A DNA stretch of 63,848 bases, the filler included, from Octopus bimaculoides (Eukaryota): the NCBI RefSeq assembly GCF_001194135.2. It is 5 parts of 5 records of this genome, joined end to end, with 100 filler letters (N's around TTAATTAATTAA, not from the genome) between each part and the next. Parts side by side here need not be neighbours in the genome. Positions count along the whole stretch, not along the records: positions 27,690 to 50,477 come from NC_068984.1; 4 more parts are not named here. One strand, written 5' to 3'. The position numbers and the translations under genes were made by a program. The notes under the pieces were generated by a model that had not been told where the DNA came from, ran no database searches, and saw only the letters and a program-made list of their open reading frames with translations. Below are positions 36,901 through 49,789 of the stretch, piece by piece. Numbering within the stretch: the first letter of the stretch is position 1; the number at the start of each line of letters is the position of its first letter.

Positions 36901-38107
36901 TTCATGATTGAAGATTTGTTGTTCTCGCTCGAGTCTCAAGCAAGAAATTTGGTTTCCGTTTAGATTGCTCTATTGCAAATTTTCTGCTCATTAGTGTCGT
37001 ATTTATGACACCAAATTTTTAGGTAGTACACTGGGGTATTCATCTGTAACGAAACAACTAAACTGTACCGTTTGCATGTGAATTTCAATTCATTCTATAA
37101 TGTTATTTGTTTTGCAATGGGATTTAAAATGCACAGATAATCAAGTCATTTCGTGTCAAATTGTATATATTTCTTTTTCACATTGGAAGATGAACATCAT
37201 TTAGTTTTGATTAAATAACCTAATGGGATTAAGAAATACTTTTCGTTTTAGATAGAATAATTAAAGAGGGAAACGCATTTCGTTTTTGCAATTTTACCAA
37301 CTGAAACTGGGAATGAAATAAATGAAACCAGAAAGTTTTTGGAAAAGTAGCCTCTAACTAACGAATAATGATGTTGGTTTAATGTGTTAACGCTCGAGAC
37401 AAGTAAAGGCTTATATCACTGGGAATGATTGGCCGTTGAAAAAGCCTGAACTGCAACTTTTGTTCGTTTGAACACAATTTTACATGAAGCAAGATGTTAA
37501 ATTGATTCTACAGCTCTGTCAAAATGTATTTTGCTTCTCATAAATTTGGCTTTTATGAAATCTGACACTGAGATCTTACCTACAATAAATTATATTGGGT
37601 CTATACAATAAATTACATTTCATAATGTTGAATGGAACATGAAGGTCAGAGCAACAAGGTATGTAGAAGGAATGTGAAGTATCATTGGTTCAATTTTTAG
37701 CAGTATCCTGCGATTTTGCTTCTGGCGATACTAATTAAATCGCCGATTCCATTTCTGCGTATTTGACTTACATAGACAAACATTATAGTATATTTTCCAG
37801 TCATTTAGAATTACAGATAACATAAGTGTATGTATCTTCATATTCCTAAAGGTGCGCTAGTAGTCTCCAGATGGTGGTGGTGAGAGTCGTGCTAGGAATG
37901 AGAGTGAGGGTAACGCTGGTAACGTTGCGGGTGGTGGTGAATGCAAAAGTCAAACAACTTGTAAATTATTCTAATTTTCATTATATAAACATCGAAAGAA
38001 CTAATTTAACACATACACATACACATACATACAAGTACACGGACACTTAAACACACACACATCATCCATCCGTCCGTCCGTCTGTCTGTGCATCCGTCCA
38101 TCCATCC

Positions 38108-38146
<39 letters not shown>

Positions 38147-38220
38147 GAGCAAGCGAATGAGAAGCTTTTCCGGAATAGCAAAATAAATATGTTTGTATGT
38201 AGCAAGCTTCTATGAATGTT

Positions 38221-38263
<43 letters not shown>

Positions 38264-38790
38264 CTTTCGTTTGTGTGTATGTGTGAATGTAAACACTTTT
38301 GGCAAATATCTTTTAATCAGAAGTAAAATCACATGTTTATTATCGAGTGTAAGTAATATTCTACTCATCTGTTATGTATAAAACACTCTATTACGAAGAG
38401 CTCTATTTTCTTTAGAAAATACTTTGTAATTTACTGAATTATCACACAAGAACTTTTAGTACTTTTATGTCATTGTTTCTTCGACTTCGTTTTCTATATA
38501 TTTTCATCAACCTAAGGTGTTAACTGCAATTTACTGTAGACAAACAATTCAAATAATGGTATAACAAACATGATTTTTTAAATACAGTTCTATATTGGCA
38601 TAGTGTTACAGAAGCAATAGGTGGAACATCTAGGATAATTTTATTAACATTACGTAACACAAAGCCACTACAATTGTGTTTCGATCTATCGAAAGTAGCC
38701 ACAGATGTGTACAGTGTACGCAGTGGTATTTGTAACCCTTCTTTTTACCTTTAACGAGAAACAACATAAAATGCTTCAAAACTCTGTGTG

Positions 38791-38860
<70 letters not shown>

Positions 38861-38868
<8 letters not shown>

Positions 38869-39381
38869 CAATAAGTATCCGGACTATTGACATTGTAACG
38901 AAGCTAAAGCACGCAAAGTGAAAAGCCGCCTGACACAGATTGACCTTGAATTCTGTTGTGCATGCGTACTAGGTTTTAACGTTCAAGCTCACTTCCACTA
39001 TTCTCTCAGTTCTGGTTACGGTTCTCCCAGAAAATGCGTCAATATCGACATTTTTTCGGTCATCTTAGAAACGTCTGAACCACTCGTACACTTGTGTGCG
39101 GATCATACATTCCTTTCCATACACTCCTCCCCATACACTTTCAGCAACGTTCCGTAGGCCTTTGAGGAGGTATCGCCATGGCAACTTTCTCTTTCATGGT
39201 GAATGCGACGATCAAACGCTCCACACCTTTCTTCCAAGCAGCGGACGTGAGCTAGAATGTTAAAACTTAGTGCGCACGCACAGCAGTGTTCAAGGGTAAT
39301 CTTTGCCAAGCGGCTTTACTCTGTATACTTTAGATGCGTTACTATAGCGACAGTCCGGATACTTCTTGGCCAGACCTCGTA
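38861..39381 (-). mobile_element. Mariner internal-deletion derivative with ~150-bp TIRs and a 5' transposase remnant
   Basis: TA at both ends. Termini tacgag..aagtatccggact / agtccggatactt..ctcgta. Arms 38861-~39000 and ~39245-39381 are inverted. The interior encodes KAYGTLLKVYGEECM..RTQVYEWFRRF..GR (mariner HTH). Confidence 0.88.
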
Positions 39382-39710
39382 TGTGTGTGTATGTAATGTA
39401 TATGTATAAAAACACCCACACAAACGGATTCTGTAGGGTACTCGAGTTACGAAGTATGTTGCATAGACCAAGGTTATTCCTGCTCACTCTGACGTGCGAA
39501 GGAAGCTCTACAGGTTAGTGGTCTCTATATTACGTTATCCAGCATGTCCTTTCTATGGTTTCTTTATATCTTAAATTACCGACTATTGGTTTAAATTCCT
39601 ACATTCAATTTACATGATTCCATTTATCGTATGCAATTCTGAAGAGATGAGATTTCGTCGCTATTTTAATGAGTTCGACAGAGAGCATAAAAGATCTTAG
39701 TTTGCCTATT

Positions 39711-39774
<64 letters not shown>

Positions 39775-39780
39775 CAGCAG
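39711..39780. repeat. (TAG)n microsatellite
   Basis: Visible. Confidence 0.95.
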
Positions 39781-40269
39781 CAATAATAATTATAGTTGTA
39801 GTAGCAGCAGCGATAGACTAAGTAGTGTAGTTGTTACTATATATCTAGTAGCAAAGTCAATGTCTTTGTTATTTAATACATGTACTAGTACGATCTTGTA
39901 GATGTATGGTCACAGGTGTCTTAACTGTGCACGAACACGTCTTTTACTCGGACATTGACTGAAGCAGAGCTACGTTTGTAAAAACATACCGCTTACCTTT
40001 TATAACTGTAGCATTTAAATTAAAGTGTGTGCAGATGCTGCTTCTTGTTCGAGAAATACGTCGGCTCAAACCTACCAGTAATTTTAGTATAATCCAAGGT
40101 CGAATTTAAACTACCACTGATTATTTAAAGTACGTATCTCTCCTGATACACGCAAAATGCATTTTAAAGCCATTTAGGACATAAAATTCTTATTTATTTA
40201 AACTATTAAATATTCATATTGTCTATTTTTTATGGACGTATAATCCCACTGTTGTACTCAAATTCTACT

Positions 40270-41527
40270 TAGAAGTATCGCCTGAAAAGTTCATAGGCTG
40301 ACAAACATACTCTCATGGAATATGGCCAAATGAGCTTTATTTTTCCACATAGTGCACCTTGCGGAACACACACTTGTTTCGTCGATTCTGCAGTACTTAG
40401 ATCCCATTGATGGAAAAGCTTTCTTCCTGTTGGTCAAAAATGTCATCATCAGCAGATATGACTTAATCATCACTGCGATACTAGTTCCCAATCAAGTGAA
40501 TTTTCATGTTGATCAGCAGATGATACTCAGTATCAAGAGGATGTGCAGCCAGTCCCAAACAAACTCACGCACAACAGCCATTGAAACCATGGACATGGTT
40601 GCTGGAACATTGCCCTGATGAAACAAAAGCCCTTTTGTCAGTTTTCCTAGACATTTCATCTTCAAAGACTTTCGTAAAAGCACCAGCAAATTGGCCTAGT
40701 ACTCTCCATTGATGATGTGCCACTTTGAAGATAGTCAGTAAACACAATGCCTTTTTTATCCTAAAACCTGAGGCCGTCACCTTCCCTGTAGATAAAACAA
40801 TCTTAGTCTTCTTTGGAGGGGTGTTTCCAGTGCATTGATTGTTTCTGGCTCAAAGTGATGAACCCAGCATTCATCCTGGCAAATAAAACGTTTAAGGAAA
40901 CCAGATGGAGATGTCGCAAAAAATGTCAGACTTGCCCGTGATATGATCAGCTTCGTGCGCTTTCGATCAGGTGCCGAAGACATGGCACCCATCGGAATGA
41001 AACCTTCGTCGTGCCAAGTTCATTGTGCAGAATATCCTCAACTCCCCCTCGGTATATGCTAACAGCATAGACTATTTGATTTATATTCAAACTCCTGTCA
41101 TCCGCCACGTTTTGATGATCACGATCAATGTTTGCCTTGGTCATGGGGGTTCAGGACGTCGAGATCATGGGTGATGTTCAAATATCTCCCTTCTCCTCCT
41201 AAACCTAGCTGTTCACTTTTGGAGTGTTGATAAAGTGGAACATCATCCCTTAATGTAGCAACCATGTATCGGCATGAATGTCATTGGGGACTAAACCCCT
41301 TTTTCAGTAGATTCATGGTAACACCACAATGCCAAATTTTGTTCATTTTCAAGAAAACTCGCAAATGGTTGCATTTGAAGTCTTCTGTGAAGAATCAAAT
41401 GTCCGTTTACCTGGGGAGAAACAATTCAATTATAATAAGAAGGGTTGAAACTAATGCATACAAGATTTCACAGCTCTGGCGTCATTCCTTCATAGTCAGC
41501 GTATGAACTTTTCAGCCCGCCCTCTTA
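40270..41527 (-). mobile_element. Full-length decayed mariner (Tc1/mariner) transposon, ~1.26 kb
   Basis: TIRs ctgaaaagttcataggctgac (40282-40302) and gtcagcgtatgaacttttcag (41495-41515). Minus-strand remnants: ILHNELGTTKVSFRWVP, FICQDECWVHHFEPET, HP..LDTEYHLL. Many stops and frameshifts. Confidence 0.92.
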
Positions 41528-42569
41528 AAGTTATGGCTTGGTTCATCATGTCGAAATATATGACAAGGCTTTCATTGCGTTGCACATCATTTCTCTCGAG
41601 CAGTCTATTGTTGATTGGTTTCTGAATCTTTCTCGCTTATGTCCGTGTGTTTCTTCTACTCTCTCCCTCTTTGTCTATTTCACTGAATTTTATGCTAGAA
41701 GCATTGTCGGATTAAATGCATCTCTTTGGTTAGTTAAAGGAGAATCGTGATATTATAAATTATACCGACAGGAATTTCTGTCCAAGAAACTGATCCATGC
41801 TATGGCCAGTTAATCAAAATTAACACGCGGATGGTTTTCGATTTATTTTATAATTATACAATTAATGCATCTTCCATGCGTTGCAAAGATTGTGTCAGTG
41901 TGATATGATTGGTAAAATCATTTTCTTAATGGTCTCTCTTACATATTGGCAACTGTCTGATGTTTTATATATACATATATACATATACCTGTGTATGTGT
42001 GTAAGTTTGATAGATTTGCGCATATGTGCACATGCATATATGTGTGTATTCACACAAAAATATATCTTTATACATATACTCGTGTACATGATTGCACACA
42101 CAAGCACACACGTGTATAATGGTTTTTTCCTTTGTCTTCAACTATATACATTAAAATAAATAAAAGGAAATATTCATTAGATGTAAAATATTAGATATTT
42201 AAAAGATATTAAAGAATAAGTAAACAAGGTTTTTAGTCTTCAAAAGGTTTTTAGTCTTCAAAATAGAAAGGTCATGCCTTGATGACACTGCCTATTTGTG
42301 AGGCGCGAGATATGTTGTGTTTGTGGAACATTTTATGTGATTTTCTGCGATTGCATACGCTTCTGTATATGAAACGCTGCTTTGATTGCTGTACATTTGT
42401 TTTTATACATTTATTTTTCGATCGCTTGCTAGTTAATGCATAGGCCTAAACAAATTCAAGCCTTTGCGAATCTTCTCTTTTACCTGTGCCTCAATGTGTG
42501 TGTAGGTTTTTGTGTCTATCTTTCTATGAAAGTCTGCTGAAGACTCTCTTCTCTCTCTCTCTCCCTCTG

Positions 42570-42611
<42 letters not shown>

Positions 42612-42653
42612 CTACCTTCCTGTGTGTGTGTGCGTGCATGTGCACAAGTGTGT

Positions 42654-42708
<55 letters not shown>

Positions 42709-44480
42709 CATACATACATACATACATATGCATACGGAGAAATGTCAAAACGTTTTAAAACAACGTAGTTCAGAATTTTACCTGCATTAGTCTGTGGGAT
42801 GAATGTCAAATTATTAGTTCCCTTCAGCTCTAGAAACCAAGAGAAACACCTCCGAGCTGAACAGAAAATATATCTTCCTTTGTTGTAAAACAGTCAATAT
42901 TATTAAGATATTTCACTGCAGTCTATGGTGGACAGCGAGACCTCTTATCCACGTCAAACTGCAGTAAAAATCCTTTACAGCCTCAAACGCTTCGCAAACA
43001 TATTTGAGATGGCTCTACTTTAGGATTCTTTCCGTCATTGCTTCTGAAATCTACTAACGAATTTGTTCATGCATGGCGGCTAGAATACGCTGAGAATTAA
43101 CATCATCGACAGGCTTGAGGTAACTGAAGCAAAGCTTTCTAGCCATCTCATCGTTGCCACCCTCAGTACATGGTGCTGAAGAGAGTTAGTAAGTCGGAAA
43201 TGCAACCAACAGTTAAATAGAAATCACTTTGAGGTGCATGGGTTTTTAACTTTTATTTTTCTTGTTGCAAGAATTCGAATTTTGTATCCTTAACAAACTG
43301 CAGTGTAAAGCATTTACAATTTCAAATATTTCTCAAATTATTGGAACAAGTCTTCCGTTTATATTTTATGTAATATTTTATATTTGAAAACAGATAATTG
43401 GAGATATTTTCAATATAAAAATTGAGCCGAGAACCGGACCAAATATTTTCTTGATCTGCACGCTTTACACCACTGGTTTAGTCACACAGGAACTTGTTAG
43501 GAATATGTTAGATAAATTTCCGTTAATTTCTCGATACTTACGACAATTTTATGAAATTGTCATAGTGGGTTATACGGCTCTATTGATCCTCAGTGTGTTG
43601 CTATTTTCTTTAGGCGTAGGTCATCAGTAGTTATACTGATCAGTTATAAAATACATTTAACTCTTAATCATTATTGATTATCATTCAGGCGGTGCACTAC
43701 CCACGCTGTCATGGATTGTTTCTTTCATTTCCCGTTATAAGCCAGACTCTTTTAATCTCGTAAAGGTTAGAGTGTTAGATATAACATACTGAGATCCCTT
43801 TTAGCATCCGTTATGTTTACTGGTTCATGGGTTGTACAACCGTTGCAAAATAGAAAAATAAATTCCATTTACTTACTGCTGAAATGGAAACAATCTATCG
43901 CTATATAAAACAAATTGACTTAAAAGAATATTTATTTCGATTTTCTGAATTAGAATTTCCTAAAAGCAAACACAGAAGCTCAAACATATATAAATACACA
44001 ACTAGTGTCTTACACTTCATTTAATGTATTTTAATTGAAACAAAATAAATAACGAAACATTACACATAAAACAGCAGGGAACGAGAATGAAAGAGGGTAA
44101 AATTCCCAAGAGGTGTAGTGCTGTTAAGGACCAATTAAATTGTATGATTGAAATAAAATATTAAATTTTAAAATTCAATGAATAGGAACGTATAATCTTT
44201 ACTGAAAGGAAACAGAGAAATCGTTTTATTTCTTAGTGTCTGAAAAGCATTACTAATCACTAACAATATTGAAAACATAGCACATTGTGCTTAATTACAA
44301 TCGATTCATTCACGTTGAGTGTATCTGTATATATATCTATATCTATCTATATAGATATATATACACAATTGTATGTATATATATACATACAATATATATA
44401 TGTATATATAACATATACATATACAATATATATATATACGTACACACACATATAACTATATGTATGTGTGTGCGGTTCTC

Positions 44481-44532
<52 letters not shown>

Positions 44533-44884
44533 CGCATGTCTGTATTTCGTTTGAGTTTTGTTTGTGTAATCGGTGAAAAGAGATTAATGGAACTACATAG
44601 AATAATTCGAATACATCACTTCTATCAATAGTTGAAGCCACAAAACTTAATATCCAATATCCTCATACTACTACTACTACTACTACTACTTGTAATAATA
44701 ATACTTGTAATAATAATAATGATGATAATATTATTATTATTTATATTATTATTATTATACCACCACTACCACCACCACCACAGCAGCTGCCACTGCTGCC
44801 GCTGATGCTACTTCTGTTCCTACACCTACTACAGCTACTAACAACAATAGCAATGATTATAATTATGTTATGATCTTGGTATTC

Positions 44885-45083
44885 TTTCATTCTTTCACTT
44901 CTTTCAGTCATTTGACTGCGGCCATGCTGGAGCACCGCCATTAGTCGAACAAATCAACCTCAGGACTTATTCTTTGTTAGCTTAATACTTATTCTATGAG
45001 TTTGTTTTGCCGAACAACTTAGTTACGGGGACGTAAACACATTAGCATCGGTTGTCAAGCAATGTTGGGGACAAACACACACA

Positions 45084-45153
<70 letters not shown>

Positions 45154-45308
45154 CGAGACGAGCTTCTTTCAGCTTCCGTCTACCAAATCCACTCACAAGT
45201 CTTAGGTCGGCCCGAGGCTATAGTAAAAGACACTTGCCCAAGTTGCCATGCAGTGGGACTGAACCCGGAACCATGTGGTTGGTAGCAAGCTATTTACCAC
45301 ACAGCCAC
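44885..45308 (-). mobile_element. OK-like SINE, full length, internal (CA)/(TA) microsatellite
   Basis: Tail 44885-45075, microsatellite 45076-45152, body/head 45153-45308. Confidence 0.9.
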
Positions 45309-45450
45309 CTTCTTCGCCTTTCCTATGTACGACAAATTCGCATTGTCTCTAAATGCGATAAATTGTACTGATGTAAGGATATAACTGCTCGTTCACTCAA
45401 CTACACTAAAGATACGAAAGTCTACGAAGTCTACGTGTACGAGAAAAAGT

Positions 45451-45451
<1 letters not shown>

Positions 45452-45518
<67 letters not shown>

Positions 45519-45640
45519 GAGAAAGAAAGAGTGGGAAAGTGTGATGGAAAGAGAGATAAAGAGAGAGAGATGGAGAGAGATAAAGAGAAATAGAGATAGA
45601 TAGATAGATAGATGGACAGAGAGAGAAAGAGAGAGTGAAA
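45452..45640. repeat. (GA)n and GA-rich/(GATA)n low-complexity tract
   Basis: Visible. Confidence 0.9.
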
Positions 45641-46042
45641 GAGTGAGAGAAGGAAAATGAGTGATTCATTTCCGATAATTTTCTTTATGCGGTAACAAAC
45701 ATCTTTGCTTAACTTGCTGCAAAAACAACTAATTGTATCATTGTATCACAAAACATCATAACTTCCAAAATAAATGGTTTATTGTACAATATAGTCTCTG
45801 ACACCTAACGCTGGAACACGCGTTATCGCTGGACTACGATGTGTCTGGGTTGTGCATGGAAGGTGATATTTCGAAAACCGGTTAATACGGAGTTAGTGGG
45901 GGGGGGGTCATCTAAAATCAGTTTTAAAAAATCTAAATATAATCTACCAATGATGTATGATGCAGGTCTCCTGACGCAAGCTCATGCCTATTCTCTCAGC
46001 TGTTCTCTCCAAACTGTTATTTTCTAACCTGTTGATACGAGC

Positions 46043-46660
46043 TTAAATGCTTCCATACTCTGTTACCATTTTATCTATAATCACCCAACTGTGGTCAAAC
46101 TGCCTTGAGTCAATCATTTCCCTCTCCTCCCTAACCTTTCTCTCGAAGGGGTAGTTTAAAATGCCTTGACCGAAAAGGAAAGCATCCGTCCTCAATTCTT
46201 TGCACGTCTTCCACCACTCAGCCACTTCTCCCACTTCATGAGGCGAAGGGAACTACCTGTTTGTCTTCTCGTTGGAAGCAAACGATAACACTGTGTTGAT
46301 AGGGACCTCATCTGATAACGGTATTTGTTCTCACACATCATAGTACAGTTTGCAACAGATACATATGTAAACTATGTACGAATGCCTTTCAAAGAGCTTC
46401 ATTGTTTTGTGAGCATCTTCATTTGTCTGATCCAACTGTACTTTAACGCATGTTGAGTTAATCTTGAACTGGTAGCATGGCAGACCAAGTATTTCAGGAA
46501 GTTATCCAGAGTAGTCTAAAGCCTGAGAGTCTTTGGAACTGACTAGTTCCTTCCAAACCTTGCCCTAAATTGAAGACGTCATCTCTCCTTCTTGTCACAA
46601 ATTTTCAGCAGATTACTGAAATCGAATTTCTCACGACTTAATACCTTGGCAAGCATCAGG
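46043..46660 (-). pseudogene. Unidentified degenerate coding-like segment
   Basis: One minus frame has only 3 internal stops in 174 codons (46564-46043). The sequence is non-repetitive and more GC-rich than its flanks. I recognise no motif. Confidence 0.25.
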
Positions 46661-49015
46661 CTGCGTGGGGTGAAAAATGTTACACAGTATAAGGATAGGA
46701 ATATCTGAAATTTATGAGAATATACAAATAATTACGCAGTAAAAATGTAAGGTGTATTATATAAACATGCTAATTTATGCAAGTTATCACACTAAATGCG
46801 TACATAAAGAGATGCATTGTAGAGTTTACACACTAGATGCATCCAGTTGTTTCTTTTTTCATATGCAGAAATGAAGAACAAAAGAACCATTCATATCAAC
46901 TTGATAATCTTGATTTAGCTAGCGGTAATATTATTATGGTTATTATCAGTATAATTTTGAGGTTAATGTCATATTCTCGGTACTCTTTGCATTGTGCCGA
47001 TGAGCGTCTTTATGTTCTACTAATCGAACTGCATCCCTGTTATCGTTTCGTACAACTTGTCTTTCAAAGAACTCTGAATCTATAGTCGTCTTCATCAGAA
47101 TTAGCTTCTCACTCATTTTAATTTCTTCTTAAATAACTTTTACGATACATTAGAATTTTAAAATTACCATCCCTTCTTACTCATCAAACGTTGATGTTGT
47201 GCCACTGCTTCCTATGTTAGGAAAATGTAGAGTTTGAACAGAAACATTTCCACAAGTCCTACTATTACCAGCTCCATCATCATCATTACTATCATCACTA
47301 CAAGCAAAAACAATAACAACAATTATAGTAAAAATAATAATAATGAAATTACAAAATCACTTAATGAAGATTATTGTTATCCCCTGTTCAATCTAATCAC
47401 GGACAAATCTTTGAAAGGATGAATAAATGGAAGCCTATAAGCATTCAAATATTGACAGACTGAATTATCTGCATGATAATAACTCTCGTATTGTATCTAC
47501 GAGACAATGAATGAAAGCATTTTGTTTCAGACTATTGCAGTCGTCCTTTTCAATTGTTATCACTGTAAGTCATTTCTTTTAATTAATTTCTGCAATGAAA
47601 GCGCGTCACGGAAACGGCCTTTCGTTTTGCTAGGTCAAAATTAATTGCAAGTCGTTACTGACCCTCTCACAAGTGAACATTGTTTCTTACTACTTGGGCA
47701 CTAATCACCTACACATGTACATGTACATCACCTATACATCACCCACTCATCACCTACGCATATTATTTTACAAAACGACAACGTGAAATGAGTTAATATT
47801 CCATAGCCCAATTTAACTAAGCTGAACTTAGTTGCAAATGTTTCCTGCACAATCTATAACTGGCTGCGGCATATTTCCTCAGTTTTGAAAATCAAACAGA
47901 TGAAGCTAAAAGGTTTATGTTCGTGGGTTTATAAAATATACATGCGAGATCTGCTTTCAGCTTGTCTGTTAAATGTATAGAAAATATAACCGCCCATATT
48001 TCGTAAGACAAAGGTGTACCGGTTTTCCGTTTTGTCCACGCTTGAATGAATTCATCGAGTAAGGTGATAGATTACTTATGAATTGAATTTTACTATTGTT
48101 TCAGTTAGGTCTGCGCTTCAGTGGGTGAATTTTGAAGGTAATTAAGGCAAGACATAGAGAGATAATAAAAGTTACTTCATTTGGGCAATTCTCAGACAAC
48201 GAAATTTCTGTCTCGGTGAAGGTGGCAATGTTGTAGTTGTTGTTCCTCTTGCTCAAACATTCTGAAAACTATAAGCTAATAATTTCTGACTTTGAAAAAT
48301 GTATGTCGGGTTGTAAAGCAAACTTGCCTATGTAGTATTCTTTTGTGTTCATTCACAGTTATTTCTATCTTTATAATTTTTTTTACGGATAGTATTGACC
48401 ATTTCCATTTATGCTATTATGAACTGCATCAAAACCAAAAAAAGTTAACTTTTTTGTTCCAAGTTAAAATTAAATATTTTTATGCAAAAACAATTTTAAT
48501 ATATTTCTTGCAATACCTACTTACCTACCTACCTACCTACCTACCTACATATATACATACATACATACATTCACACACACATANNNNNNNNNNNNNNNNN
48601 NNNNNNNNNNNNNNNNNNNNNNNNNNNNNNNNNNNNNNNNNNNNNNNNNNNNNNNNNNNNNNNNNNNNNNNNNNNNNNNNNNNNNNNNNNNNNNNNNNNN
48701 NNNNNNNNNNNNNNNNNNGATTTGTAAAGAAAAAATAAGCATTTTAAACCATAATCTTTTTCTCTGAAAATCTTTGGAAAAATAGATGAACGACTAGCCA
48801 ACAGCCAAAGGAAAAATAACATGTCTGCATAAGTAGAAAATAACATCAACAATAACTGCAGCAATAACAAAAATAATAATATTCCTTTATAATGTAGCCA
48901 CAAAGCCTGGAATTTAAGAAAGAGGGGTTAGTCTATTCTCTCAGCTCGCTGTGTCGGTATTAATGATGATGATGACAATAATAATAATAATAATAATTAT
49001 TATTATTATTATTAT

Positions 49016-49064
<49 letters not shown>

Positions 49065-49094
49065 GCAACAGCAATAATAATAATAATAATAATA

Positions 49095-49300
49095 ATATTA
49101 ATAATAATAATGATGGGAGTTAGAAATACCCTAAAATCTAGATGTATTGCAAAAAAATCGGCATTACTTGGACCTGCACGCATATTGCGTAAAGTAGTCT
49201 GTCTGAGGTCCTTGTTGTGACTTGACAAACAGTAAAAAACCCCGGTAGACATAATATCTTCAATCAACGACCTTACGATATTGCATGATGTGCAAAGTCA
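49095..49300 (+). mobile_element. R4/Dong-type extreme 3' end #5 between TAA arrays
   Basis: KKSALLGPARILRKVV..., a UTR, then (TAA)n. Confidence 0.7.
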
Positions 49301-49334
49301 ATAATAATAATAATAGCAATAATAATAATATATT

Positions 49335-49735
49335 CTTTTACTTGTTTCAGTCATTTTACTGTGGCCATGCTGGAGCTCCGCCTTTAGTCGAGTAAATCAA
49401 CATCAGGACTTATTCTTCGTAAGCCTAGTACTTATTCTATCGTTCCGTTTTGCTGAGCCGCTAGCTTACGGGGACGTAAACACACCAGCATCGGTTGTCA
49501 CGTGATGTTAGGGGGACAAACACAGACACACAAACATATACACACACATACATATATATATATACATATATATGACGGGCTTCTTTCAGTTTCCGACTAC
49601 CAAATCCACTTACATGGCTTTGGTCAGCCCGATGCTATAGTAGAAGACACTTGTCCAAGGTGCCACGCAGTGGGACTCAACCCGGAACCATATGGTTGGT
49701 AAGCAAGTTACTTTACCACACCACCACTCCTATGC
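49335..49735 (-). mobile_element. OK-like SINE, full length, short internal microsatellite
   Basis: Colinear with the reverse complement of 61230-61650. Confidence 0.9.
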
Positions 49736-49736
49736 C

Positions 49737-49789
<53 letters not shown>

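Noticed and set aside
46357-46420. Zinc-finger-like peptide YICKLCTNAFQRASLFCEHLH on the plus strand
   Set aside because: Second histidine spacing is wrong, the frame is flanked by stops, and there is no linker or neighbouring finger.
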